Origin: Candidatus Sulfomarinibacteraceae bacterium
Lineage (GTDB): Bacteria; Acidobacteriota; Thermoanaerobaculia; Thermoanaerobaculales; Sulfomarinibacteraceae
DNA: 64,000 nt
Assembly (NCBI GenBank): GCA_041552055.1
Contig: JBFELO010000001.1
Coordinates: 23,099-87,098 of the forward strand
Reading direction: 5' to 3'
Made by a program: the position numbers and the translations under genes. How positions within the stretch are numbered: position 1 is the first letter of the stretch; each line of letters begins with the position of its first letter. Of the stretch, positions 38,348 through 46,606 are shown in pieces. The notes beneath the pieces were generated by a model, which was not told the origin of the DNA, searched no databases, and saw only the letters and a program-made list of their open reading frames with translations.

Positions 38348-39673
38348 TCAGTCACCGATTGACGGCCGCCCGTTCGGGCGGCCGTCATCGTCCTCGCGCC
38401 CGGCTTCACCGCTCGCCACGAGGGCACGCGCCCACAGCACCGGCCCCACCAGCTGATTGATGACCACCGCCGCCACCACCACCGTCGCCAGCCGTTCGCC
38501 GATACCTTCGAGTTCGCGACCGATGCGCGCGGCGAGACCCAACGACAAGCCGGCCTGGGCAACAAACCCTTGCCACGCCCACTGCACGACCGATGGACCC
38601 GCACCGGCGACCCGCGCCGGCAGTCGCGTCAGCAGCCACACCGCGGCCAGCCGCACGGCCACGTACAGTGCGGCGGGGAGCCAGACCACCGTGAACACCC
38701 CGAGGTCGAGGTCGGCGCCGACCAGCGCGAAGAACACGACGTAGATCGGCCCGGCCGACCGCTCGAGCGCATCCAGAAACGCCGCCGAAGAGCGGCCGAA
38801 GATATTTCGCACCGCGAACCCCACCGCCACGCACACCAGCAGGTGCTCCACCGGCGCCGCCCGCCCGAGCTCGAACGACACCAGGGCCAGCGCGAGCACC
38901 GCCAGCTCGAGGTGGCGGCCGACCTTGCCCAGGTAAATACCGAACACCAGCCCCAGACCGCAGCCGACCACGAGCGAGAGGATGATCTCGATCCCGACGG
39001 CTCGTACGAGCGACAGATCGAGCGGTTCGTCGCCGAGGGCCGCACGCCCCGCAGCGTAGACCCACGCGAAGAGCAGCAACACCAACACGTCCTTCAGCAC
39101 CGTCACGCCGAGCACGGTCTCGGTCAGCTCGCCGCGGGCCCGCATCTCGGTGATGACTGCAATCGTGGTCGACGGTGACACCGCTACCGCGATCACACCC
39201 AACAGCGTGGCCACGGCAACTGCCTCGGCCGCCGTCAGCGGTCCCAGAAACGGCACCGCCGCCAGTCCGAGCCACGTCGCGCCCGCCACCACGAGCCAGA
39301 TGCCCAGCACGTGCCCGAGGGTGATCGCGGCCAGCGGCCGCGCACGATCGCGGATTTTGCGCCACCGGAGCTGGGCCCCCGCGGTGAGCGCGATCAGGCC
39401 GAGCGCCAACTCCTGGAAGAGGTGCAGGAACCGGGCATCGTCGGCGGTCTCGAGCCCGAGCGCGTATGGACCCGCCAGCAGTCCGAGGACCAGGTAACCG
39501 GTGATCCTCGGCAGCCGCCACCGCGCGGCGAGCTCACCGGACAGCACGCCGCCGATGATCAGGCAGCTGAGGCTGATCAGCGCCGACCCTGCCCGATCCT
39601 CGACCACGCCCACGCCGAGCGCGCGAGCCGTCCAGCTCGTCGCGGCGAGCACAGCGAACAGGAACCACCTCAT
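38348..39673 (-). CDS. cation:proton antiporter (CPA/Na_H_Exchanger family) membrane protein
   Basis: About 12 hydrophobic segments. SPSTTIAVITEMRARGEL...LGVTVLKDVLVLLLF resembles the CPA2 core (S.T...V...L.E....G......D....). ATG at 39673 overlaps the upstream stop (ATGA). Confidence 0.7.
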   Translation of the reverse strand: MRWFLFAVLAATSWTARALGVGVVEDRAGSALISLSCLIIGGVLSGELAARWRLPRITGYLVLGLLAGPYALGLETADDARFLHLFQELALGLIALTAGAQLRWRKIRDRARPLAAITLGHVLGIWLVVAGATWLGLAAVPFLGPLTAAEAVAVATLLGVIAVAVSPSTTIAVITEMRARGELTETVLGVTVLKDVLVLLLFAWVYAAGRAALGDEPLDLSLVRAVGIEIILSLVVGCGLGLVFGIYLGKVGRHLELAVLALALVSFELGRAAPVEHLLVCVAVGFAVRNIFGRSSAAFLDALERSAGPIYVVFFALVGADLDLGVFTVVWLPAALYVAVRLAAVWLLTRLPARVAGAGPSVVQWAWQGFVAQAGLSLGLAARIGRELEGIGERLATVVVAAVVINQLVGPVLWARALVASGEAGREDDDGRPNGRPSIGD

Positions 39674-40845
39674 CCGGCCGTCCCGCCCCGAGGCCGGACC
39701 AGGTGCCGACCCATCCACCAACGTCCCACGAGTTGGTGTATCACCATCGCCGCCACCACAGCTTCGAGAACCCCTTCGCTGCCCGTCGAGAAACCGACCA
39801 ACGCGACCAACAGCCCGAGTGCCAGCTCGCCCTGCGGCAGGAGCCCGAGACCGAGCCCTGGCACCTTAACCGGCACACCGTGACGGCCCGCCCGGGCCGC
39901 CAGCACGCGACCCCCGATCAGGGCTCCCAGAACCCTCCCAACGACGATGACGGCGAAGATCTGCCACGAAAAGGCCACGCCGCTCCACGCCGCCCCGACC
40001 AACACCAGCAGTGCGATGACGAGCGGCCGTTCGAGCGAGTGTGCGACGCGCAGGATCCGGTGGGGAAATTCGGCTCGGTTGATCAGGATCGCGCCGGAAC
40101 AGGTTGCGGCGGGCAGTGCACTGACGCCGAGCAGCGCGGTCGCGCCGGCCAATCCCACCATGGTGCCGATAAGGAGGGTCACGATCTCCACCGGCTCTCG
40201 AACACCTCGCACGAGCACCAGGGACAGGTACCCGACCACGATGCCGATGCCCACCAGGTAGAGCAACAGCTGCCACTGCGACAGACCGTGGGCCACCTCG
40301 GACAACGGGCTGGCCCATACGGATGCGACACCGAAACCCGCCACCGCGGGCAGGCCGGCGAAGGCACCCACCAGCTTGAGCAGGCGGAACGCGGAGCGGT
40401 CGGCAGGCACCCGACCGCGCGCCACACCTTCGAGCGTGCTCGGGGCCGGCGCCATGGCGACCGCCGCCAGGGAGAGCGCCAGCCACGGCCGCAGGCCAAG
40501 CAGAAAGCCACACAGTGCCACTGAGGATCCGATGAGCAGTGGCACCAGCCAGCCCACCCGACGGTGCCACGGCCGCAGGTGGCGGAGCACGCGGAGCTCG
40601 ATCTGTAACCCGAACACGAGTCCGATCCACGCCAGACCGAGCAGTACCACGACCCGCAACGTCACTAGAACGTCGGCCGGAAACAGGCCGAACGCGCGAT
40701 CGCCAAGGGCAAAGCCGACGGCCAGGAACGACAACCCCTCCATCGCCGGGGCCCGCAGTCCCCGTCGTGCGAGAGCGGCCCGCAACTCGGTACCGAGCAG
40801 GGCGAAGGCGACCAGCACCAGGAACGCCACTGTTCCGCGCAGCAT
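39670..40845 (-). CDS. cation:proton antiporter-like membrane protein (divergent)
   Basis: ATG at 40845 (MLRGTVAFLVL...). Polytopic, with GLQIELRVL and PQGELALGL resembling CPA motifs. By eye, the acidic residue aligned to the KD of the neighbour is absent. The upstream part of the track ORF is translated repeat. Confidence 0.55.
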   Translation of the reverse strand: MLRGTVAFLVLVAFALLGTELRAALARRGLRAPAMEGLSFLAVGFALGDRAFGLFPADVLVTLRVVVLLGLAWIGLVFGLQIELRVLRHLRPWHRRVGWLVPLLIGSSVALCGFLLGLRPWLALSLAAVAMAPAPSTLEGVARGRVPADRSAFRLLKLVGAFAGLPAVAGFGVASVWASPLSEVAHGLSQWQLLLYLVGIGIVVGYLSLVLVRGVREPVEIVTLLIGTMVGLAGATALLGVSALPAATCSGAILINRAEFPHRILRVAHSLERPLVIALLVLVGAAWSGVAFSWQIFAVIVVGRVLGALIGGRVLAARAGRHGVPVKVPGLGLGLLPQGELALGLLVALVGFSTGSEGVLEAVVAAMVIHQLVGRWWMGRHLVRPRGGTAG

Positions 40846-40908
40846 GGTCCCAGTGTACCGGGGGCTGGCTGACGTGCCCCCCGCCCGCTCATGTGACTCG
40901 GTGGAGTA

Positions 40909-40975
40909 CCCGTCTCCGTATCCGTCTCCGTGCCCGATGCGGCAACGTTCGGACCGGATACGGAGACGAATACGG
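40909..40975. repeat. CCGTCT-hexamer hairpin element (family A)
   Basis: Positions 40911-40924 (cgtctccgtatccg) are the perfect reverse complement of 40955-40968 (cggatacggagacg). The GTGCCCGA boundary is at 40929-40936. Confidence 0.9.
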
Positions 40976-41000
40976 CCGTCAGCTCGGCTTTCGCCCCTCT

Positions 41001-41033
41001 CCGTTCCCGTTCCCGTTCCCGTTCCCGTTCCCG
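41001..41033 (-). repeat. (CCGTTC)x5 tandem hexamer, which is (GGGAAC)n on the minus strand: a canonical G-quadruplex motif
   Basis: Reads ccgttc x5 + ccg directly. The minus strand has five GGG runs separated by AAC. Confidence 0.9.
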
Positions 41034-41169
41034 AAGAGACAGTACCATCGGGATCTCGTGTACTGATCCCCCTCAAGCAAGGGAACTCTTTCGCGCTGTC
41101 GGGAGCTGCTCATCAGCTGTGGGGACAGGCAGCAGGAGACACCACGCCCGTCGTCGTGGAGACTGCTCG

Positions 41170-41502
41170 TCAGAAGTACTCGAGATCCGACAGCGGTACG
41201 AGGAACACCGCGTTGGCCGGCTCGCCCGCCGGCACCGCATCACTGCCCAGATCACGGATCGCGGCGAGTGCCTGACGGGCCTGCTCACGGTCGCCGACCA
41301 CGCACAGCACCAGGCGGCTGAAGTCGATCCCACCGGGAATCAGCGATCGCAGCCCGGCGAAGATTGGCAGATCCCGCTCCAGCAGCTCGAGGCCGGTCCG
41401 ACTCTCGACGACCACCGAGTCTGGCAGCTCGTGTTCGACCAGCACGGCAATGACCTCGTCGAGCAACTCCTCCCGGTGGAGGATCGCCACCAGGAGCTGC
41501 AC
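41170..41502 (-). CDS. small PII-like (ferredoxin-fold) signalling protein, family uncertain
   Basis: 110 aa. The pattern is beta-alpha-beta / loop / beta-alpha-beta (LLVAILHREELLDEVIAVLVEHELPDSVVVESRTG ... SRLVLCVVGDREQARQALAAIRDLG ... AVFLVPL). The GTG start lies immediately after the ptsN-like stop. Confidence 0.45.
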   Translation of the reverse strand: MQLLVAILHREELLDEVIAVLVEHELPDSVVVESRTGLELLERDLPIFAGLRSLIPGGIDFSRLVLCVVGDREQARQALAAIRDLGSDAVPAGEPANAVFLVPLSDLEYF

Positions 41503-41961
41503 CTATGCCCCCTCGAGCTCCGCGAGCACGGCCAGGAACGCATCGCCGGTCTCGGCGTGAATGAGCCTTTCGAGGGCGTCGTCACGCCGCGCGAGCCGCG
41601 CCAGGCGCGCGAGCCCCGCGAGATGATCGGCCGCGGTGTTGGCGTCCCCTATCAGGCAGAACACCAGTCGTACGGGCTGCTGGTCGAGGGCGGGGTAGTC
41701 GAGGCCGTTGGGGTGAATGGACGCCGCCATCACGAGCCGGCCGACACCCGGGACCTGCGCGTGGGGTACGGCGACGCCACCTCCGATACCGGTGGAGAGA
41801 ATCTGCTCTCTCTCGAGCAGCTTTTCCACCACCTTGGTGCCGTCGGGCACGAGCTCCAAGCGCTCGAAAACCGAGCCGAACAAGCGGAACAGCTCGTCGC
41901 GCCCGTCCACATCGGGTGCGATGAGCACCAGCTCGGGGCGTAACTTGTCAGCCAGACGCAT
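41503..41961 (-). CDS. ptsN: PTS EIIA(Ntr)-type (fructose/mannitol family EIIA) regulatory protein
   Basis: 152 aa. EREQILSTGIGGGVAVPHA contains the phosphorylatable His in the G.A.PH context. It is stand-alone, as PtsN is. Confidence 0.75.
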   Translation of the reverse strand: MRLADKLRPELVLIAPDVDGRDELFRLFGSVFERLELVPDGTKVVEKLLEREQILSTGIGGGVAVPHAQVPGVGRLVMAASIHPNGLDYPALDQQPVRLVFCLIGDANTAADHLAGLARLARLARRDDALERLIHAETGDAFLAVLAELEGA

Positions 41962-42074
41962 CGGACAGACGGTGCCTCCCGAACAGGGAGCTTAGGGTGC
42001 TCTCGGCCGACGCGCAAGAGGAAGGGCCGTCTATTCGTGACCGTTCGCCCGTTGGATGGACGCCCGACGCGTCG

Positions 42075-42518
42075 TCACAGACGGTCGACGAAGTCGCTCA
42101 GACCCGAGATCGTGAACCTCTCGCCGTTGAGGCCCTTGACGATGCACACCACGTGCAGCACCAGGATGGCGAGCAAGAGCACCGGCAACAGCAGGCCGGC
42201 CAGACAGCCGAGACCACCGCTGATCGCGCTCAGCACGAAGACTACGATCTGGAGCCCGACGATGATCGCGATCTCCGCGACCAGCAGGACCAGGCCGTGC
42301 TTGGCGTGCCATTGCACCTCGCGATCGTCCCGCTCCACCAACAGTGGGATCAGTGCCAGCAGACCCAGGTACGACAGCACGATCCAGACCGCGCGGTTGT
42401 CCGAGACCGGCCCACCCGACGGCAACGTGCCCGGTGCCTCATCCGCCGGTGGCGGTGGTGGTGGTGGCGTGGCTGGCGGCGGCTCCGGCGGACCCTGCGG
42501 GGTATCCTCGTTGGTCAT
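42075..42518 (-). CDS. small membrane protein (DUF4870-like) with Pro-rich N-terminus
   Basis: ATG at 42518. YLGLLALIPLLVERDD.EVQWHAKHGLVL and three TM segments. The upstream part of the track ORF is discarded. Confidence 0.5.
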   Translation of the reverse strand: MTNEDTPQGPPEPPPATPPPPPPPADEAPGTLPSGGPVSDNRAVWIVLSYLGLLALIPLLVERDDREVQWHAKHGLVLLVAEIAIIVGLQIVVFVLSAISGGLGCLAGLLLPVLLLAILVLHVVCIVKGLNGERFTISGLSDFVDRL

Positions 42519-42676
42519 CCTCGACCTCCCTGATCGCGGTTGGACTAAGTGTGAACTCTGGAGAATCTTACCAGAGCGGTCGTTTGTGCGGATGAATGCC
42601 ATGGTCTGCTCGGCGGTTCGACCCGACTCGAAGAAGGTCGCGATCACGGTGAAGCGTGCCCCGGGCGAGTCGGGGG

Positions 42677-42704
42677 CCTTGCACCTTGCACCGTGTACCT
42701 TGTC
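42677..42704. repeat. tandem heptamer block x4 (ccttgca ccttgca ccgtgta ccttgtc), complement orientation of the CAAGG family
   Basis: Read directly. It is followed by tcggtgggtgggg and two GCATCC/CAGCATCCAG motifs related to those at 398-410 and 550-659. Confidence 0.85.
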
Positions 42705-42807
42705 CCTCGGTGGGTGGGGCATCCGGCATCCGACTTCGCGCTGCGCTCTACGCCTTGACACGTCCAGCATCCAGCGACGAGCCACCAGAATCGGTTGGGA
42801 GGGGAGT

Positions 42808-42883
42808 TGGTAGCCCGTACGGGATTCGAACCCGTGTTACCGGCGTGAGAGGCCGGCGTCCTAGACCCCTAGACGAACGGGCC
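42808..42883 (-). tRNA. tRNA-Glu (anticodon CUC)
   Basis: Hand-folded cloverleaf. Acceptor GGCCCGT/ACGGGCT, anticodon stem CCGGC/GCCGG with loop CUCUCAC, T-arm CACGGGTTCGAATCCCGTA. CCA is encoded. Confidence 0.9.
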
Positions 42884-43070
42884 GCAGGGAGCGAAAAGCT
42901 ACCATATGACACACGCTGGCGCAAGTCGGCACACGGCGGCGAGCCGTCCGATGCATTGCTCCATGGGCTGAGGACTGGGACGCAGAAGCCCTGTGACGTC
43001 GCCGGATCCCGCAGAGATCGAGTCCCATCTCTGCTATACTCTCGCGCCCAGTGCCAGAGGAGGACGATCC

Positions 43071-44084
43071 ATGAGTGTACGTGTTGCCATCAACGGTTTC
43101 GGGCGCATCGGCCGCCTGATCGCGCGTCATGTGCGCGCCCGCGACGGTTTCGACCTGGTCGCGATCAACGATCTCACATCGCCCGACATGCTCGGCTACC
43201 TGTTCGCCCACGATTCGGTCCACGGTCCGTACCGGGGCACGGTCGAGGTCGACGGCCAGGACATCATCATCGACGGTGATCGGATGCAGGTGCTCGCCGA
43301 GCGCGATCCCGCCCAGCTGCCGTGGCGCCAGCTCGGCGTGGAGTACCTGTTCGAGGCTACCGGCCTTTTCCGCTCGCGCGATCAGGCCGGCGCCCACATC
43401 GAGGCCGGAGCCCGCAAGGTGGTGATCACCGCCCCCGGCAAGGAGGTCGACGAGACCTTCGTCATGGGTGTCAACCATCACCTGTACGACCCATCGGCCC
43501 ATCACGTAGTGTCCAACGCCTCGTGCACCACCAACTGCCTCGCTCCGATGGCGAAGGTGATCCACGAGACGATAGGGATCGAGCACGGCTGGCTCACCAC
43601 CACTCACGCCTACACGAATGACCAGCGCATCCTCGACGTGCAGCACTCCAAGGACATGCGTCGGGCACGCGCGGCCGCGATCAACATCATCCCCACGTCC
43701 ACCGGTGCCGCCAAGGCCATCGGGCTGGTCTACCCGGAGCTCGCGGGCAAGCTCGACGGGGCGGCGATGCGGGTCCCGGTGCCCGATGGATCGGTGTGCG
43801 ACCTGATCTTCGTTTCGAGCCGCGACGGCACCGTGGAGCAGCTCCGCCAGGCGTTCGTCGAGGCCGCCGACGGCAGCCTCGAGGGCATCCTCAGGGCCAC
43901 CGACGTGCCCATCGTGTCCTCGGACATCGTTGGCGAGAGCCACTCGACCGTGGTCGACCTCGCACTCATCTCCCAGGTGGCACCGAACTTCTTCCGCGTG
44001 GTCGGTTGGTACGACAATGAGAACGCCTACGCTCTCCGGTGTGTGGATCTCCTGGAGTACATGATCGCGACGGAAGGCTCATGA
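43071..44084 (+). CDS. gap: glyceraldehyde-3-phosphate dehydrogenase
   Basis: VAINGFGRIGR and SNASCTTNCLAP. AGGAGG lies upstream of the ATG at 43071. Confidence 0.95.
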   Translation: MSVRVAINGFGRIGRLIARHVRARDGFDLVAINDLTSPDMLGYLFAHDSVHGPYRGTVEVDGQDIIIDGDRMQVLAERDPAQLPWRQLGVEYLFEATGLFRSRDQAGAHIEAGARKVVITAPGKEVDETFVMGVNHHLYDPSAHHVVSNASCTTNCLAPMAKVIHETIGIEHGWLTTTHAYTNDQRILDVQHSKDMRRARAAAINIIPTSTGAAKAIGLVYPELAGKLDGAAMRVPVPDGSVCDLIFVSSRDGTVEQLRQAFVEAADGSLEGILRATDVPIVSSDIVGESHSTVVDLALISQVAPNFFRVVGWYDNENAYALRCVDLLEYMIATEGS

Positions 44085-45259
44085 CGCTTCCCACCCTCGA
44101 GGATCTCCGCGACCTAGGGGACGCACGGGTGCTCCTCCGGCTCGATCTCAACGTGCCGATCCTCAACGGGGTGGTCCAGGACGTCACCCGGGTCCGGGCC
44201 GCGCTGCCCACCCTTCGTTGGCTGGACGAGCGGGTCGACGTCATCGCTGCGTGCTCTCACCTCGGCAAGGCCAAGGGCGTCCCGGATCCCGCCTATTCGC
44301 TCGAGCCGGTGGCGGCAGTGCTGGAGGACGAACTCGGACGACCGGTCCAATTCATCCCCGACTGTCTGGCTCCCGAGCGCGCCACCGCCGAGCCGGGCTC
44401 GCTGCTGCTGCTCGAGAACCTCAGGTTTCACCCGGGGGAGAAGGCCAACGACGAGGAGTTCGCGCGGCAGCTCGCGGCGCCGTTCAGCCATTACGTCAAC
44501 GACGCGTTCGGGACCGCCCATCGAGCGCACGCGTCGGTGAGCGCCGCGGCGGCGATGTACGGCGTGGGCCACAAGGCGGCGGGGTTGCTCATCGAGCGCG
44601 AGATCGACGCGCTGCGGCGCCTGATCACCAACCCGGAGCAGCCGTTCGTCGCGATCGTCGGGGGGGCCAAGATCTCGACCAAGACCGCGCCGCTCGAGGC
44701 GCTCGTCGAACGAGTCCGGACGCTGCTCATCGGCGGCGGGATGGCCAACACGATGCTGCTGGCTCAGGGCTGTGGCGTGGGCAGATCGCTGGTCGAGCCA
44801 GAGATGCTCGACACCTGCCGGGCGGTGCTGGATCGAGCGGCGACGCGCGGGGTTGATCTCCAGCTGCCGCAGGACGTGGTCGTGACCGACGACCTCGACG
44901 AGCACCAGCGAGTCGAGATACGCGCGGTGGACGACATCCCCGACGACCTGATGATCGTCGATCTGGGCCCGGAGACACGCGAACGGTACACGGCGGCTCT
45001 CGCGGACGCCGCAACGGTGTTCTGGAACGGTCCGATGGGGGTGTTCGAGGTCGAGGAGTTCGCCGCGGGCACGGTCGCGATCGCCCGGGCCCTCGCCGAC
45101 ACCGACGCCTTCACGGTAGTCGGCGGCGGCGAGTCGGTGATGGCGATCCACCACGCCGGGGTGGCCGATCGGGTGAGCCACGTCTCCACCGGGGGCGGCG
45201 CCTCTCTTCAGTATCTGACCGGTGAGGAGCTCCCCGCGACGCTCGCCCTGGAGGGTTGA
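44081..45259 (+). CDS. pgk: phosphoglycerate kinase
   Basis: RLDLNVP and the GGAKISTK-type motif (GGAKISTKTAPLEAL). ATGA overlap with the gap stop. Confidence 0.95.
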   Translation: MTLPTLEDLRDLGDARVLLRLDLNVPILNGVVQDVTRVRAALPTLRWLDERVDVIAACSHLGKAKGVPDPAYSLEPVAAVLEDELGRPVQFIPDCLAPERATAEPGSLLLLENLRFHPGEKANDEEFARQLAAPFSHYVNDAFGTAHRAHASVSAAAAMYGVGHKAAGLLIEREIDALRRLITNPEQPFVAIVGGAKISTKTAPLEALVERVRTLLIGGGMANTMLLAQGCGVGRSLVEPEMLDTCRAVLDRAATRGVDLQLPQDVVVTDDLDEHQRVEIRAVDDIPDDLMIVDLGPETRERYTAALADAATVFWNGPMGVFEVEEFAAGTVAIARALADTDAFTVVGGGESVMAIHHAGVADRVSHVSTGGGASLQYLTGEELPATLALEG

Positions 45260-45263
45260 CGCG

Positions 45264-46022
45264 ATGCGCACACCGCTGATCGCAGGCAACTGGAAGATGC
45301 ACCACGGGGTGGGCGAGACCCAGATTTTCCTCGAGGCGCTGGTCAATCAGGACGTCCCTGCCACGGTCGATGTCGTGGTGTGCCCGCCCTTCGTCTCGCT
45401 GCCGGTGGCCGCGATGGTGACGACCGGTTCGGAGATTGCACTGGGAGCGCAAAACGTGCACTGGGAGTCGTCCGGTGCCTTCACCGGCGAGGTCTCGGCC
45501 GAGATGTTGATCGAGATCGGCGTTCGGTGGGCGATTGTCGGCCACAGCGAACGACGAAGCCTGTTCGGCGAAACCGACGAGAACACGATCCGGCGAGCCC
45601 GAAGCGCCCAGGACGGTGGCCTCGGTGCGATTCTGTGCATCGGAGAATCGCTGGTCCAACGGGAGGCGGAGCAGACCCTCGACGTGCTCGAACGCCAGAT
45701 CGCCGGCGTCGACCGCCTCGATCCCTCCCGCCTCGTGGTCGCCTACGAGCCCGTGTGGGCCATCGGCACCGGCCGCAACGCGACCCCGGACCAGGCCCAG
45801 GAGGTGCATGCCTTTCTTCGCCGGCGGCTGGCGGGGACCTTCGGATCGACCGAAGCCGACACGCTCAGGATCCTCTACGGTGGCAGCCTCAAGCCGAGCA
45901 ACGCCCGTGAGCTGCTCGGCCAGCAGGACGTGGATGGCGGGCTGATCGGTGGCGCAAGTCTTGACGTGGACTCGTTTTCCGCTATCATCCGCACTGCGGC
46001 CGAGTGTGCCGCTGGAGACTGA
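45264..46022 (+). CDS. tpiA: triosephosphate isomerase
   Basis: IAGNWKMH, VGHSERR, AYEPVWAIGTG and YGGS. Confidence 0.95.
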   Translation: MRTPLIAGNWKMHHGVGETQIFLEALVNQDVPATVDVVVCPPFVSLPVAAMVTTGSEIALGAQNVHWESSGAFTGEVSAEMLIEIGVRWAIVGHSERRSLFGETDENTIRRARSAQDGGLGAILCIGESLVQREAEQTLDVLERQIAGVDRLDPSRLVVAYEPVWAIGTGRNATPDQAQEVHAFLRRRLAGTFGSTEADTLRILYGGSLKPSNARELLGQQDVDGGLIGGASLDVDSFSAIIRTAAECAAGD

Positions 46023-46406
46023 ATGACCGCTTTACTGATCACCCTGTACGTCTTGGTCTGCCTGTTCCTGATTCTGGTGGTGCTCCTCCAGCAGGGTAAG
46101 GGCGCCGATCTCGCCGGAGCCTTCGGCGGAGGCGGGAGCCAGACCTCGTTCGGCCCCCGGGGCACGGCCAACATCATGCACCGCATGACCACGGTCTCGT
46201 TCGTTCTCTTCGTCGTGCTGTCCATGACGCTCGCGATCCTGTCCGGCAAACGCCACGAATCGGTCATGGAGAGTGTGACGGTGGCGACACCGACGCCGGT
46301 GGCATCGGTGCCGGCCACCGAGCCCGCGCTTGCCGCACCACCCCCATCCGACACCGAAGCCGGCTCTGAGAGCGGCCCGGCCGAGGCCCCCGCCGACGCC
46401 GAGTGA
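46023..46406 (+). CDS. secG: preprotein translocase subunit SecG
   Basis: LLQQGKGADLAGAFGGGGSQTSFG is the SecG signature. Has two TM helices and a Pro/Ala/Glu-rich tail. Conserved gap-pgk-tpiA-secG order. Confidence 0.85.
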   Translation: MTALLITLYVLVCLFLILVVLLQQGKGADLAGAFGGGGSQTSFGPRGTANIMHRMTTVSFVLFVVLSMTLAILSGKRHESVMESVTVATPTPVASVPATEPALAAPPPSDTEAGSESGPAEAPADAE

Positions 46407-46453
46407 GGATCTTGCCATTCGGCGAGATCGAGCCTAAGATACCCCGTGGCCTT

Positions 46454-46538
46454 GCCGAAGTGGCGGAATTGGTAGACGCGCACGGTTGAGGGCCGTGTGG
46501 AGCAATCCGTGCCGGTTCGAGTCCGGCCTTCGGCACCA
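46454..46538 (+). tRNA. tRNA-Leu (anticodon GAG)
   Basis: Acceptor GCCGAAG/CTTCGGC, anticodon stem CACGG/CCGTG with loop UUGAGGG, a long variable arm, and T-arm CCGGTTCGAGTCCGG. CCA is encoded. Confidence 0.9.
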
Positions 46539-46606
46539 CGACGTGGCATCCCGGCGGGCGATCCGTCCGACTCCTTCCTTTCCCGGCCGGCCTCTCCGCC
46601 TCTCCC

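Noticed and set aside
42519-42807. The 289-bp spacer downstream of tRNA-Glu, as a possible structured ncRNA (SRP, 6S or other).
   Set aside because: I could not recognise SRP domain IV, 6S or other conserved cores. The region is instead explained by heptamer repeat blocks (42677-42704) and GCATCC motifs. A covariance-model scan would be needed to exclude an ncRNA.
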